Counted from the stretch's first letter, positions 50,078-63,878 are shown. The stretch: 64,000 nucleotides of DNA from an uncultured Bacilli bacterium (GCA_947632345.1 CANROW010000001.1:4855-68854), one strand, 5' to 3'. Notes: a model not told the origin generated them from the letters alone. Made by a program: numbers and translations.

Positions 50078-50884
50078 ATGAATATTCTTGGTATGATTCT
50101 AAATAAAAAGATATATTTGCCTATTTTTTACATAGTTATTGGTATTACTTTTTATGTATTATTAAAAAAGATAATAGTTACGCTTTTTAGCAAGAGAAAA
50201 AAATTAAGTCCTAAAAATGTTAAAAAGTATAAGACGTTGTTACAAATAATAACGGATTGTATAAAAATAATTATTATTATTTTAGTCCTTTTATCAATAT
50301 TGGCCGTTTATGGCGTTAATGTCAAAGCAGCTTTAGCGGGATTAGGAATTGCTTCAGTATTGATAGGTTTAGCTTTTCAAGATTTATTTAAAGATGTAAT
50401 TGTCGGTTTCTCTATCATTGTTGAAGATTATTTCTCTGTTGGTGATATCGTTGAAGTTGCTGATTTCAAAGGAGAAGTATTACATATTGGTATTAAGAGC
50501 ACAAAGATTAAAAGATTAGATGGTCCAATTATGGTAATTGCCAATCGTAACATTGATAAAGTGATCAATTATTCTAATACTAATTCTTTAGCTATTGTCG
50601 ATATACCTGTTGCTTATGAAGAAAACATTGACAATATAGAAAAAGTTTTAAATGAATTATTTTCTAAATTATCAAAAAAATTACCACATTTACGAAAAGA
50701 TATAACAATATGGGGAGTAGAGGAATTAGCTGATTCAAGTGTTATTATTAGAGCGGTTGCTGAAACAGATCCAATGGAACATTTCAACGTCCAAAGAGAG
50801 ATAAGAAAAGCTGTTAAGCAAGAATTTGATAAGAAGGGAATAAAGATTCCTTATCCACAAATAGAGGTTCATAATGGAAAATAA
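50078..50884 (+). CDS. Small-conductance mechanosensitive channel (MscS family)
   Basis: Three N-terminal TMs, and an MscS beta-domain motif (IVGFSIIVEDYFSVGDIVEV...IGIKSTKIKRLDG). Confidence 0.75.
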   Translation: MNILGMILNKKIYLPIFYIVIGITFYVLLKKIIVTLFSKRKKLSPKNVKKYKTLLQIITDCIKIIIIILVLLSILAVYGVNVKAALAGLGIASVLIGLAFQDLFKDVIVGFSIIVEDYFSVGDIVEVADFKGEVLHIGIKSTKIKRLDGPIMVIANRNIDKVINYSNTNSLAIVDIPVAYEENIDNIEKVLNELFSKLSKKLPHLRKDITIWGVEELADSSVIIRAVAETDPMEHFNVQREIRKAVKQEFDKKGIKIPYPQIEVHNGK

Positions 50885-51059
50885 AGAATATGTTTTGGGA
50901 AGTATTGTCGAAATGAAAAAAGGGCATCCGTGTGGTGCTAATGAATGGGAAATTATTCGTCTCGGTGCTGATATAAAAGTTAGATGTGTCAATTGTAATA
51001 GAATTGTTATGATTCCAAGAATAGAATTTAATAAAAAAATAAAAAAAGTATTAAAGTAG
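50874..51059 (+). CDS. DUF951/YyzM-like small protein
   Basis: 61 aa containing the motif VEMKKGHPCGANEWEIIRLGADIKVRCVNC. It occupies the same position as Bacillus yyzM. Confidence 0.5.
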   Translation: MENKEYVLGSIVEMKKGHPCGANEWEIIRLGADIKVRCVNCNRIVMIPRIEFNKKIKKVLK

Positions 51060-51067
51060 GAGTAATT

Positions 51068-52657
51068 ATGAGAGAAAAAAGAAAAAAAAGATTGAAAAAA
51101 TTTAGGTTTCATCCGACTACGACATTTATTATCTTAACAATTTTTGTAGTTATACTCAGTTGGGTATTATCTCATCTCAATGTTCAGTCATCTTATAGTG
51201 TGATAGATCCAGATACTTTAGAATTACAGACAGTCGTTGTAAAAGTTCAAAATTTATTGACAGCTGATGGCTTTAAGTTGTTGATAAGTGATGCGGCTAG
51301 CAATTTTGCTTCATTCTCACCATTTATCAATTTAATGGTTGCTCTAATTGGGTTATCCGTTGCCCATGCATCTGGTTTTATAAAAGCTTTTATTCGTAAT
51401 AAAACTTTAAAATTGAACAATAAAGTAATTACTTTCATAATCATTCTATTAGGAATTTTTTCAAGCTTAGTTAATGATGTGGGATATGTTGTATTAATTC
51501 CTTTAGCAGCCTTGATTTTTGTGGCCAATAAGCGTAGTCCACTACTTGGTATAGCAACAGCTTTCTGTGGAGTTTCTTTTGGAAATGCCATATCATTATT
51601 CACTGGTAGTTTGGATGTATCGCTAGTAAGACAGACGACTTTAGCGGCTCATCTAGTTGATGCAACTTATCATGTACCATTGCTTTCAAATATATTTATT
51701 ATGATTACTACGGCGATTATTTTAGCAATTGTTGGTACGATTGCAATTGAGACGATTGTTGTCAAAAGAATTGGTAAGTATAAGAACGCTGAAGAATTAG
51801 AAAATACGATGGAAGTATCTGATCTTGCTGTTTTAGATGACAAAGAAAAAATTGAAAGAGATTATTTGACCAAAAAAGGATTGAGAAATGCTTACATCGT
51901 TGGAATATTTATGATTCTTGTATTTATGTATATGATCATTCCTGGGTTACCACATTCTGGTCTACTTCTAGATATGAAACAAAGTGTTTATGTAAAACAA
52001 CTATTTGGAGATACATCATATTTTCAATTAGGCTTTACCTATTTGACATCTATTTGGTTCTTAGTTGTTGGTATTGCTTATGCTATTGGAGCTAAAACGA
52101 TTAAAAATGATAAGGAATTATTAGAAAAAGTGTCTGTTTTCTTTACCGATATCGGTGGACTGATAGTTACAATCTTCTTTTTTGTTCAATTCATATCTAT
52201 CTTTAAAAAGAGTAATATTGGTGTCGTTTTAGCAAGTATGGGAGCAAACTTTATCAGCAGTTTGTCACTAAGTGGTATTGTCCTTGTTGTTGTTTCATTA
52301 ATCGTAATGAGCCTTTCTGGATTGTTCCTCACATCAGCTGTTAATAAGTGGTTAATTTTTTCTCCAGTAGTAGTTCCATTGATGATGCAATCTAATATTT
52401 CACCAGAATTTGCACAATTCATTTTGCGAGCTGCTGATTCAATCACTAAAGGAATAACACCTTTACTAGGTTATTTCATAATATATTTAGGATATTTAAA
52501 TATTTATAATAATACACACGAACCAATCACTATTAGAAAAGCTTTATCGTTTATAATGCCTTATTTTATGCTAATTGCGATAACATGGTTTGTCATTGTT
52601 GTCGGTTGGTATATTATTGGTTTACCAATTGGTCCACATACTTTCCCCACAATATAG
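51068..52657 (+). CDS. Polytopic membrane protein, putative transporter (possibly AbgT/YfcC-like)
   Basis: 529 aa with at least 10 predicted TMs. The family assignment is tentative. A terminator hairpin follows at 52669..52700 (GAGATAAATC...GATTTATCTC then TTTTTC). Confidence 0.45.
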   Translation: MREKRKKRLKKFRFHPTTTFIILTIFVVILSWVLSHLNVQSSYSVIDPDTLELQTVVVKVQNLLTADGFKLLISDAASNFASFSPFINLMVALIGLSVAHASGFIKAFIRNKTLKLNNKVITFIIILLGIFSSLVNDVGYVVLIPLAALIFVANKRSPLLGIATAFCGVSFGNAISLFTGSLDVSLVRQTTLAAHLVDATYHVPLLSNIFIMITTAIILAIVGTIAIETIVVKRIGKYKNAEELENTMEVSDLAVLDDKEKIERDYLTKKGLRNAYIVGIFMILVFMYMIIPGLPHSGLLLDMKQSVYVKQLFGDTSYFQLGFTYLTSIWFLVVGIAYAIGAKTIKNDKELLEKVSVFFTDIGGLIVTIFFFVQFISIFKKSNIGVVLASMGANFISSLSLSGIVLVVVSLIVMSLSGLFLTSAVNKWLIFSPVVVPLMMQSNISPEFAQFILRAADSITKGITPLLGYFIIYLGYLNIYNNTHEPITIRKALSFIMPYFMLIAITWFVIVVGWYIIGLPIGPHTFPTI

Positions 52658-52752
52658 GATATGAGGAGATAAATCATCAAGATTTATCTCTTTTTCTTTG
52701 AAACCAATTTTAGCTGTGTTATAATACTTTTGAAAAAGAAGGAGGTTTTTTT

Positions 52753-53850
52753 ATGAGCTTAAAAGCTGGTATTGTCGGATTGCCTAATGTTGGTAAATCG
52801 ACATTGTTTAATGCCATAACTAAACAAAATATTTTGGCGGCAAATTATCCGTTCGCAACAATTGATCCTAATGTTGGTGTGGTAGTAGTACCTGATAAAA
52901 GATTGGATAATTTGAATGAGATGTATAAACCAAATAGATTAATTCCTACGAGTTTTGAATTTACCGATATTGCTGGATTAGTCAAAGGAGCTAGTCAAGG
53001 TGAAGGACTAGGAAATAAATTCTTGTCCCACATTAGAGAAGTAGACGCTATTTGTGAAGTAGTTAGATGTTTTGAGGATAGTAACATCATTCATGTTGAA
53101 AATGGTATAGATCCGATAAGAGATATTGAAATAATCAATTTAGAGTTGGCCATTGCTGATCTAGAAATCATTAATAATCGAATAGATAAAATAAAGAAGA
53201 AAGCTGAAACAAATCGTGACAAAGAGGCCTTAGTCGAATTAGAAGTTTTAAGAAAAGCTAAGGATAATTTAGAGAGAAGTATCCCACTTAGAATGGTTTC
53301 TTTCACGGATGAAGAGATGATTTATTTAAAAAATTTCAGTCTCTTGACGATTAAACCTATTATCTATTTAGCTAATGTTAGTGAAGATGATTTAGTCAAC
53401 GGCAATAAATATGTTGAAGAAGTAGAAAAATATGCGTTGAAGGAAAAAGCTAAAACTATTAAGATGTGTGCAAAACTTGAATGTGAATTGTGTGATGTTG
53501 ATGAAGAAGAGAAACTTGAGATGTTAAATGCTGTTGGGATTGAAGCTAGTGGACTAGATCAATTGATTAAGGCGACATATGATTTGTTAGGTTTAGAAAC
53601 GTTTTTCACGGTTGGAAAAGACGAAGTCAGGGCTTGGACATATAAAAAAGGTACTAATGCCAAAAAATGTGCCGGAATCATTCATTCGGATTTTGAAAAA
53701 GGATTTATTAAAGCTGAAGTAATGTCTTATGATGACTTAATTAAATATGGTGATGAGTTAAAGGTAAAAGAAGCAGGAAGAGCTAGACTAGAAGGAAAAG
53801 ATTATATTATGCAAGATGGCGATATTTGTTTATTCCGCTTTAATGTGTAA
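52753..53850 (+). CDS. ychF: Ribosome-binding ATPase YchF
   Basis: G1 motif GLPNVGKST and a TGS domain at the C-terminus. An extended -10 (TGTTATAAT) lies upstream at 52716. Confidence 0.9.
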   Translation: MSLKAGIVGLPNVGKSTLFNAITKQNILAANYPFATIDPNVGVVVVPDKRLDNLNEMYKPNRLIPTSFEFTDIAGLVKGASQGEGLGNKFLSHIREVDAICEVVRCFEDSNIIHVENGIDPIRDIEIINLELAIADLEIINNRIDKIKKKAETNRDKEALVELEVLRKAKDNLERSIPLRMVSFTDEEMIYLKNFSLLTIKPIIYLANVSEDDLVNGNKYVEEVEKYALKEKAKTIKMCAKLECELCDVDEEEKLEMLNAVGIEASGLDQLIKATYDLLGLETFFTVGKDEVRAWTYKKGTNAKKCAGIIHSDFEKGFIKAEVMSYDDLIKYGDELKVKEAGRARLEGKDYIMQDGDICLFRFNV

Positions 53851-53944
53851 AACTTAGAAATAAAAAGTGAGAATCTTGCTTTTTATTTTTTCGTGACAAT
53901 ATAAATTATGTGTGCTATAATACAAGGCCTATGGGGGTAATGCT

Positions 53945-54481
53945 ATGAAAATTTGTAAAATTGCGATTGTGACAACTGGTCAAGAAAATTTTGATGGTGA
54001 ATATGATTTAGAACATAAAGATATTTTTAGTCCATTAAAAGAGACTGGTGAAAGTTTAATTGTTAAAGTTAGAGAAAGCTATTTTGGTGATGACGTTCGA
54101 GAAGTTGTAACAGATGTAAAGATTCCAATGCTTCGTGTCAGATTTTATACTTGTGATGGATTTATTGAGGGATATCAAAATATTGGTTTGCGAACAGGAG
54201 TTCATCGTTATGGAGTTATCTATCAACAATGTGAAAATAATAAAAAATACAAATGGGGATACGAAACGGTTGGCTATGACGAAACAAGCAAATATTTGAC
54301 TAGCCATAGAGATGATCCAAACTGGAAAAGACAACTTTTAAATGAATTTCATCCAGAAATAATTGAAAAAGAAGCTATGGATGCAGAAAATAGACAAACG
54401 AACTATGAGAGCGATCGTGTCAAAAATTTGATAAAGAGATTTCAAAATAGTCGTAGAAGAAGGGAAAAGCAGGAAAAATAA
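53945..54481 (+). CDS. Hypothetical protein
   Basis: 178-aa ORF with a basic C-terminal tail. An extended -10 (TGTGCTATAAT) lies upstream at 53911. Confidence 0.4.
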   Translation: MKICKIAIVTTGQENFDGEYDLEHKDIFSPLKETGESLIVKVRESYFGDDVREVVTDVKIPMLRVRFYTCDGFIEGYQNIGLRTGVHRYGVIYQQCENNKKYKWGYETVGYDETSKYLTSHRDDPNWKRQLLNEFHPEIIEKEAMDAENRQTNYESDRVKNLIKRFQNSRRRREKQEK

Positions 54482-54586
54482 AAAAATTTTCATTTACAAA
54501 GATAAATCTTTTTGTTATACTACTAACGAGTATTTAGGTACTCCTTGCCTAGTAATAGGCCAAAAGTCCAAAAGGAGGTGTAGATA

Positions 54587-54877
54587 ATGTTTAAATATGA
54601 AATGATGTTTATCGTTAGACCTGATTTAGAAGAAGCTAATATTAAAAAAGTTGGTGAATCTATGAAAGCTTTAGCTGAAGAAAAAGGAGCTAAAGTGGTT
54701 GATTATAAAGAAATGGGTCAAAGAGAACTAGCATATACTATCAAGAACTATAAAAATGGATATTATTTTCTAATAGTTATTGAAACACCTAACGATGAAT
54801 CTGTTAAAGAATTAGATCGTGTTGCATTAATTAATGAAGATATTATTCGTCATTTAATTGTTAAAGTTGAAGATTAA
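54587..54877 (+). CDS. rpsF: 30S ribosomal protein S6
   Basis: 96 aa beginning MFKYEMMFIVRPDLEE. Confidence 0.9.
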   Translation: MFKYEMMFIVRPDLEEANIKKVGESMKALAEEKGAKVVDYKEMGQRELAYTIKNYKNGYYFLIVIETPNDESVKELDRVALINEDIIRHLIVKVED

Positions 54878-54894
54878 GAAAAGAGGAATAGTGT

Positions 54895-55362
54895 ATGAAT
54901 AAAGTTTTTTTAATAGGAAGACTAACTCGTGATCCTGAATTGCGATACACTGATAGCAATGTTCCTGTTGCGTCATTTAGTATTGCTGTAAATAGAAATT
55001 ATACTAGTCAATCTGGCGAGAGAGAAGCTGACTTTATTAATATTATTGTTTGGAGAAAACAAGCTGAAAATATTAAGAATTATATAAAAAAGGGTAGTCA
55101 AGTAGCTATTGACGGAAGAATTCAAACAAGAAATTATGAAAAAGATGGTGTTAAGAGATACGTTACTGAAGTCGTTGCTGATAATGTTCAATTCTTAGAT
55201 ACAAAGAATAGTAATGTCGGTGGCGGTGATAGTGTTGGCGCATTCAACGACGTAACACCTAACGATTTTTCTAGTCAAATGCCTACAACAGATGTTAAAA
55301 ATGATCCTTTTGCAGATTTTGGAGCTAGTATTGAAATTAATGATGACGAGTTACCATTTTAA
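54895..55362 (+). CDS. ssb: Single-stranded DNA-binding protein
   Basis: OB fold ([19 protein letters not shown]) and the acidic C-terminal tail DDELPF. Confidence 0.9.
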   Translation: MNKVFLIGRLTRDPELRYTDSNVPVASFSIAVNRNYTSQSGEREADFINIIVWRKQAENIKNYIKKGSQVAIDGRIQTRNYEKDGVKRYVTEVVADNVQFLDTKNSNVGGGDSVGAFNDVTPNDFSSQMPTTDVKNDPFADFGASIEINDDELPF

Positions 55363-55379
55363 GAAAAGGAGGATTAATT

Positions 55380-55595
55380 ATGGCAGAGTTTTTTAGAAAA
55401 AAGAAAAAAGTTTGTTATATGTGCACAGGTAGAGATATAAATTATAAAGATGTTGAAACATTAAAGAGATATGTAAATGAAAGAGGTAAGATATTACCTA
55501 GAAGAATTACTGGAGCTTGTGCTGAACATCAAAGACATATAGCAAGACAAGTTAAAAGAGCAAGAGCTATTGCTTTATTACCATATACAAAATAA
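55380..55595 (+). CDS. rpsR: 30S ribosomal protein S18
   Basis: 71 aa containing the motif [24 protein letters not shown]. Confidence 0.9.
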   Translation: MAEFFRKKKKVCYMCTGRDINYKDVETLKRYVNERGKILPRRITGACAEHQRHIARQVKRARAIALLPYTK

Positions 55596-55617
55596 GATAC
55601 ATTTGTATCTTTTTTTT
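55594..55617 (+). terminator. Rho-independent terminator after rpsR
   Basis: AGATACA-TTT-GTATCT hairpin followed by TTTTTTTT. Confidence 0.55.
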
Positions 55618-55708
55618 ACAATTTTTTACATATAGAAAAAAATTATTTTTACTTTAACTAGAATTATTTTGTAAATGGATATATCTTAAAATAAAAGGGT
55701 GTGATAGT

Positions 55709-56794
55709 ATGGATACCTTTATTGTACTATCGGATCTCCACGGCAATTATGAAGCACTAAAAAGTGTAGTGAACGATTCGATAAGAAAATTTGGTCCTTC
55801 TATAAAAGGCTTTTTATTTCTAGGAGATTATTGTTGTGATTTCTTAGAAGGGGAAGAATGTATCCAAATGATGCTAGCGTTAAAACACTTTTATCCAGTA
55901 TATGCCATTAGTGGTAATCGTGAAACAGGAATGGTTATGCCATATGAGAAGAAAATAGAAAATGGTGAAGCAGTAGAATGGGATATTGAGAGTACAATGG
56001 GTGCTCCTCTTCTTGCTTGCCAACGTTTCAGTAAACAATCATTAAAATTCATAATGAACTTGCCAGAGAGTTTTTTATTGAAATTTGGAAATGCGCCATC
56101 ACTTTATTTACAGCATAAAATGCCACTATCGCCGGAGAAACAAAAGTGGCTAGAAAGTAAAGGAGTACGTTATGTATTAACTGCTCATACCCATGAACCA
56201 CATACTAATACATATGGGAATTTTACGATGTTCAATCCAGGATCTGTTGGCTTAACAGATACGGGAATTCCCGGGGCGGATTATGGAGTTTTAACTTTAA
56301 AAGACGGCGATTGGCATATGAAACAAATACATATCCCATATAACTATCAGGCGCAAATTAAAGCAGTTACTCGAAACAACGATTTAATGAAGAAATGCAA
56401 ATGCTGGGGAGTTGCCTTAAATAAATCAATTGAAATAGGAGTAAATGTTACAGCCTTATATATGTTTGAAGTCAATAGAATGGCCGATGCACTTGCTAGA
56501 AATGAACCAATGGATAGTCATATTTCATTTTGTTCTGGACGTTATGGAAATGTCAGTCCAATTAATACTCTTTTAGAAGAACGTATCTTGGATGGTAATC
56601 GAATTGTGACTGTCTATCATAAAACAGATGAATTTAATCCTAAGAATCCAACACATACTCCAGTTCAAAAACCAGATTGGCTCTATCCTTTAGCCTTGGA
56701 TAAAGTTATAAGAGAATTAGATTCTATTACCAATATAAGAGAAGCATTGACTTGTGAAAGATTAGAGAGAGTTTTTATCAAGAAATATAATTAG
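55709..56794 (+). CDS. Calcineurin-like metallophosphoesterase
   Basis: Metallophosphoesterase motifs (VLSDLHGN, GDY, GNRE, TAHTHEPH). Confidence 0.6.
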   Translation: MDTFIVLSDLHGNYEALKSVVNDSIRKFGPSIKGFLFLGDYCCDFLEGEECIQMMLALKHFYPVYAISGNRETGMVMPYEKKIENGEAVEWDIESTMGAPLLACQRFSKQSLKFIMNLPESFLLKFGNAPSLYLQHKMPLSPEKQKWLESKGVRYVLTAHTHEPHTNTYGNFTMFNPGSVGLTDTGIPGADYGVLTLKDGDWHMKQIHIPYNYQAQIKAVTRNNDLMKKCKCWGVALNKSIEIGVNVTALYMFEVNRMADALARNEPMDSHISFCSGRYGNVSPINTLLEERILDGNRIVTVYHKTDEFNPKNPTHTPVQKPDWLYPLALDKVIRELDSITNIREALTCERLERVFIKKYN

Positions 56795-56900
56795 GTAGTT
56801 ATGTTTACATATTTTATGTAAAAAGACATAAATACTTTTTATTTTTTGAGAAAAAATCCTCTCTAAATGTTATAATTATAGTGCGAAAGTGGGTGAGAAT

Positions 56901-57218
56901 ATGGCTAAAAAAGTAATAAGAAAACCAAAGACATTTGCCTTTAGATTTTTATTCTTTGGTGTTTTTTCAATTGTTATCATAGCCACTATTTTAGGATCGC
57001 TCAGTCGTGTTTGGATAAGTATATTAGATAAATATAGAGAAAAAGATAAATTAGAAGAAAAATTGACATTGTTACAAGAAGAGGGAGATTCATTATCAAT
57101 TGATGTGGAGAAACTACAAGACCCAGAATATCAAGCTAGATGGTTAAAAGAAAAATTTTTTTATTCTAGTGATGGAGAATATATTATAAGATTACCGCAT
57201 GTTGATTCTGAAAAATAA
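56901..57218 (+). CDS. Septum formation initiator family protein (FtsL/DivIC-like)
   Basis: One N-terminal TM followed by a coiled-coil segment (KLEEKLTLLQEEGDSLSIDVEKLQ). It lies upstream of tilS and ftsH as divIC does in Bacillus. Confidence 0.5.
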   Translation: MAKKVIRKPKTFAFRFLFFGVFSIVIIATILGSLSRVWISILDKYREKDKLEEKLTLLQEEGDSLSIDVEKLQDPEYQARWLKEKFFYSSDGEYIIRLPHVDSEK

Positions 57219-57228
57219 TGGTGATGGG

Positions 57229-58554
57229 ATGCAGAAAGTATTTGATTTTTTAGAAAAAGATTTAAAATTAAAGGATGGAGATGTCATTGTTTTAGGCAAT
57301 TCTTATGGTCCTGATTCGATGGCATTACTAGATATACTTATAAGAATTAGAAAAAAAATTGACATTTCGATTATTGTTGCCCATGTCAATCATAATGTTA
57401 GAAAAGAAAGCGCTAAGGAAAAAGAAGACTTAGAGGCTTTTTGTAGTGAAAAAAAATTGATTTTTGAATCAATGATAATTGAACGTTATGGCGATGACAA
57501 TTTTGAAAATGAAGCTCGCAATATTCGATATAATTTCTTTGAAGATTTAATTAGAAAGTATAATGCCAATTATTTATTTACTGCTCATCATGGTGACGAT
57601 TTAATTGAAACCGTTATTATGCGCATTGTTAGAGGATCAACCCTAAAGGGGTATAGTGGCTTCTCACGGGTGGTAAATATGGGAAATTATCAAATTGTTA
57701 GACCTCTTATTGAAGTGACTAAGGAAGAAATATTACAATATGATGAGAGCCATAAAATACCTTATGCTCTTGATAAGACTAATTATGAAGATAAACATAC
57801 TCGGAATAGATATCGTCATGTCGTTTTACCTTTTTTAAAGAAAGAAGATTCTAAAGTTCACGAGAAATTTTTAAAATTTAGTACGACTTTATTGGAATAT
57901 GATGAATATATAAATAAAGAGATTGATAAAAGTATTAGTAAAGTTTATCAAAATAGGAAGATAGATTTAAATAAGTATTTTGAACTTGATCCATTAATAC
58001 AAAAGAAAGTTATTTATCGCATTCTAGAGGACATATACAAAGATGATTTAATGCTCATTAATGATAATCACGTAAAATTGATGAAGATGCTCATCAAATC
58101 TAAGAAGGCCAATGCCTATGTCTATTTGCCACACAATATTAAAGCTGTTAAGACCTATGATAAGATAAGTATATCAGATACGGTTAAAGAACCTATCAAT
58201 TATGAAATAGAATTATTTGATTATGCTGAATTACCAAATGGACATACAATAACCAAGACCGATCAAGCAGAAACTAATGATAATAATATTTGTCGCATAT
58301 CTAATAGTGATATCGTTTATCCACTATATGTCAGAACGAGAAAATATGGCGATAGAATGAAATTGAAAAAGATAAATGGTAGCCGTAAAATCAATGATAT
58401 TTTTATTGATGCAAAGATTCCTATTGATGAAAGAGATACTTGGCCAATCGTCGTTGATTCGTGCGATGAAATCATTTGGATTCCTGGTATAAAAAAATCG
58501 AAATTTACTAAACAAAAAAGTGAATCTTATGATATAATATTGAGATATGATTAA
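57229..58554 (+). CDS. tilS: tRNA(Ile)-lysidine synthetase
   Basis: PP-loop ATP pyrophosphatase motif (VLGNSYGPDS), TilS substrate-binding domains and a C-terminal domain. The start was set at MQKVFDFL, which has a GGTGATGGG ribosome-binding site. Confidence 0.8.
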   Translation: MQKVFDFLEKDLKLKDGDVIVLGNSYGPDSMALLDILIRIRKKIDISIIVAHVNHNVRKESAKEKEDLEAFCSEKKLIFESMIIERYGDDNFENEARNIRYNFFEDLIRKYNANYLFTAHHGDDLIETVIMRIVRGSTLKGYSGFSRVVNMGNYQIVRPLIEVTKEEILQYDESHKIPYALDKTNYEDKHTRNRYRHVVLPFLKKEDSKVHEKFLKFSTTLLEYDEYINKEIDKSISKVYQNRKIDLNKYFELDPLIQKKVIYRILEDIYKDDLMLINDNHVKLMKMLIKSKKANAYVYLPHNIKAVKTYDKISISDTVKEPINYEIELFDYAELPNGHTITKTDQAETNDNNICRISNSDIVYPLYVRTRKYGDRMKLKKINGSRKINDIFIDAKIPIDERDTWPIVVDSCDEIIWIPGIKKSKFTKQKSESYDIILRYD

Positions 58555-58568
58555 CAAGGAGGAATTTT

Positions 58569-60572
58569 ATGAACAAAAGAAATGTAAAACGTGGTATAGC
58601 GCCATATGTATTTTTATTAGCTTTTATATTAATTATTTATTTCATATTCAGTTCAACTAGTCAAAAGGTTAATAAAATGACCTATGATAAATTTGTTAAT
58701 GAATTGAATAAAGGAAACGTTACTGAACTTGAAATTACACCAAGAAAGAGATCAAGTGTATATCAATTAACAGGTAAATTGAAGAGCTATGATGAAAACG
58801 AAAGTTTTGCTTTAAATGTTCCTTTGTCTGATGAAATAATTGCAGAGATAGTTAAGACCAGTGATGAAGGAAAGTTAGGATTTGAGCTCGTTACGAATGC
58901 AGATCCAGAGTCTAGTACTTTACTTTATATCATAGTTAATTTCTTACCAATTGCGTTGTTGATTGGTGTTGCTATTTGGTTCTTTTCAAAACAGATCAGC
59001 ACTAATTCAAAATCTATTGACTTCGGTCGTAGTAAAGCAAGACTTAGCAATGGTGATAGTGGTGTAACATTTAAAGATGTTGCGGGATTGAAAGAGGAAA
59101 AGGAAGAAGTCAGTGAATTAATTGATTTCTTGAAAGATCCAAAGAGATTTCAAAAACTTGGAGCTAGAATTCCAAAAGGTGTTTTATTAGTTGGGCCTCC
59201 AGGTACTGGTAAAACATTACTTGCTAAAGCGGTTGCTGGTGAAGCTAATGTACCTTTCTATTACATCAGTGGTTCTGATTTTGTAGAGCTATTTGTTGGT
59301 ATTGGTGCTAGCCGTGTTAGAGATATGTTTAAACAAGCTAAACAAAATGCCCCATGTTTAATATTCATTGATGAAATTGATGCCGTTGGTCGTCAAAGAG
59401 GAACTGGTTTAGGTGGAGGGCATGATGAACGTGAACAAACTCTAAACCAATTGCTAACTGAAATGGATGGTTTTGGAACTAATGAAGGTATCATTATTAT
59501 CGCTGCAACTAACCGCGCTGATGTTCTTGATCCAGCCTTATTAAGACCGGGACGTTTTGATAGACAAGTAACCGTTAATTTGCCAGATATTAAAGCTCGT
59601 GAAGAAATATTAAAAGTACACGCTCGTAATAAGATTTTAGGTGAAGGTGTAACTCTTAAGAATTTAGCAAAGCGGACACCAGGATTTAGTGGAGCTGATC
59701 TTGAAAACTTACTTAATGAAGCTGCTTTATTAGCCGTTAGACGTAATAAAGAAAGTATTACGATGAGCGAAATTGATGAGGCAACTGATAGGGTATTGAT
59801 GGGACCAGCTAAGAAGAGTAAGAAATATACGGAATCTGAAAGAAAGATTGTCGCTTACCACGAAGCAGGACACGTTGTTTTAGGACTTAAATTATCACAC
59901 GCTAACGATGTACAAAAAGTAACTATTATACCGAGAAGTTATGCCGGTGGTTATGCGATGATGGTACCAAAAGAAGAACGATATACTTCAACTAAAAGTG
60001 AATTACTTGAAGAGATTACGGGACTACTTGGTGGTCGTGTATCAGAAGAGTTAAACTTTGGTGAAATTACAACCGGCGCTCATAACGATTTTGAAAAGGC
60101 AACTAAAATTGCTCGTGCTATGGTTACAGAGTATGGTATGAGTGACCTAGGACCAGTTCAATTAGAACAACAAGAAGGCGGAGTCTTCTTAGGAAGAGAC
60201 TATAACAAGAGTCGTAACTTCTCTAACGAAATTGCTCACGAAATAGATCTTGAAATGCGTAAGATAATGGATGAATGTTATAAAAAAGCTAAAGAGATCT
60301 TAAATAAAGAAAAAGATTTAGTTAAATTGATAGCAGAAGCACTATTAGAATACGAAACGCTTACTAAAGAACAAATTGATTATTTAGTAGAACAAGGACA
60401 TATGCCTGAGATTGAATCTTTGAATGATTTCAATATCACTGAACTTAAATCAAGAGCAAAAGCTGCTGGTGTTAAAGGATATGCTAAAATGAGCAAAGAA
60501 GAGCTAGTAGATGCTTTAGACAACTTAGATAAACAAGATGATGTCGAGGAAAAAGAAGAAAAAGAAGATTAA
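58569..60572 (+). CDS. ftsH: ATP-dependent zinc metalloprotease FtsH
   Basis: Two TMs, AAA motifs ([15 protein letters not shown]), the second region of homology, and the zinc motif HEAGH. A terminator hairpin GAAGATT...AATCTTC followed by TTTTTTT lies at about 60560..60590. Confidence 0.95.
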   Translation: MNKRNVKRGIAPYVFLLAFILIIYFIFSSTSQKVNKMTYDKFVNELNKGNVTELEITPRKRSSVYQLTGKLKSYDENESFALNVPLSDEIIAEIVKTSDEGKLGFELVTNADPESSTLLYIIVNFLPIALLIGVAIWFFSKQISTNSKSIDFGRSKARLSNGDSGVTFKDVAGLKEEKEEVSELIDFLKDPKRFQKLGARIPKGVLLVGPPGTGKTLLAKAVAGEANVPFYYISGSDFVELFVGIGASRVRDMFKQAKQNAPCLIFIDEIDAVGRQRGTGLGGGHDEREQTLNQLLTEMDGFGTNEGIIIIAATNRADVLDPALLRPGRFDRQVTVNLPDIKAREEILKVHARNKILGEGVTLKNLAKRTPGFSGADLENLLNEAALLAVRRNKESITMSEIDEATDRVLMGPAKKSKKYTESERKIVAYHEAGHVVLGLKLSHANDVQKVTIIPRSYAGGYAMMVPKEERYTSTKSELLEEITGLLGGRVSEELNFGEITTGAHNDFEKATKIARAMVTEYGMSDLGPVQLEQQEGGVFLGRDYNKSRNFSNEIAHEIDLEMRKIMDECYKKAKEILNKEKDLVKLIAEALLEYETLTKEQIDYLVEQGHMPEIESLNDFNITELKSRAKAAGVKGYAKMSKEELVDALDNLDKQDDVEEKEEKED

Positions 60573-60706
60573 TTAAAATCTTCTTTTTTTAATACATTAA
60601 TATTTTATCCTATCAAAAAGTTAAAATACATAGCTTGGATGCTAACATTATTTTGGTCAATTTGTATAAAAAAATTTTTATGTTATAATATCTCTAGGTG
60701 ATTCCC

Positions 60707-61689
60707 ATGTGGAAAATAGGAAATGTTGAAATAGAAAACAGATTGGTTTTAGCACCTATGGCCGGCATTGGTAATTCTAGTTTTAGGAGAATTGTTAAAG
60801 AGATGGGCTGTGGTTTAATATATGCAGAAATGGTTAGTGATAAAGCGATATTTTATAAAAATGATAAAACACTTGAAATGCTTAAAATGACTGATTTTGA
60901 GAGACCTTTAGCGCAACAGATTTTTGGTAGTGATAAAGAATCTTTTGTTGCAGCTGCCAAGTACGTATATGAGAATATGAATCCAGATATCATTGATATA
61001 AATATGGGATGTCCTGTGCCTAAGGTTGCTGTTCATGCTCAAGCGGGATCAGCTCTTTTGAAGAACCCACAAAAGATTAAAGACATTGTTGAAAGCGTAG
61101 TTGCTGCTGTACCTATACCTGTTACGGTGAAAATTAGAAGTGGTTGGGATCAAAACAGTATTAATGCAGTCGAAGTAGCTAAAATATGTGAACAGGCAGG
61201 TGCCAGTGCTATTTGTATTCATGGTCGAACGCGAAGTCAGGGATATAGTGGACACGCCGATTGGAATATTATAAAAAAGGTTAAAGAGAGTGTTTCGATT
61301 CCTGTTATAGGAAATGGTGATGTTGTCGACTGTTATAGTGCTAAGAAAATGTTAGATGAGACGGGAGTGGATGCTGTTATGATTGGAAGAGCAGCTCTAG
61401 GTAATCCGTGGATATTTAAGGAAATAAATGAATATTTGCAAAATGGTACTATTATTGATAAACCATCACCAATTGAAAAAATAGATATGTGTTTAAAGCA
61501 TATTCAGTATTTATCTGAGATAAAAAAAGAAAAATTAGTGTGTTTAGAGATAAGAAATCATATTGCTTGGTATTTAAAAGGATTGAAAAATTCTAATGAA
61601 ATTAAAAATAAGGTATATCTTACTACATCAATAAATGATATAATTTCTATATTACAAAATTATAAAAAAGAATTATTGGAGGATTTATA

Positions 61690-61690
<1 letters not shown>
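60707..61690 (+). CDS. dusB: tRNA-dihydrouridine synthase (DusB-like)
   Basis: TIM-barrel Dus motifs (LAPMAG, MGCP, HGRTR). The ATG at 60707 has an AGGTGA ribosome-binding site. An extended -10 (TGTTATAAT) lies at 60679. Confidence 0.85.

Positions 61691-63878
<2,188 letters not shown>

Noticed and set aside
56260-56285. ATTCCCGGGGCGG inside the metallophosphoesterase gene; examined as a possible additional Noc-binding site.
   Set aside because: It shares only the CCCGGG core and lacks the ATTTCC/GGAAAT arms.
57199-60572. Absence of hprT between tilS and ftsH (present in Bacillus) as a possible deletion scar.
   Set aside because: The tilS-ftsH gap is only 14 bp and the reading frames are clean. 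This is simply a different gene order, not evidence of an event.
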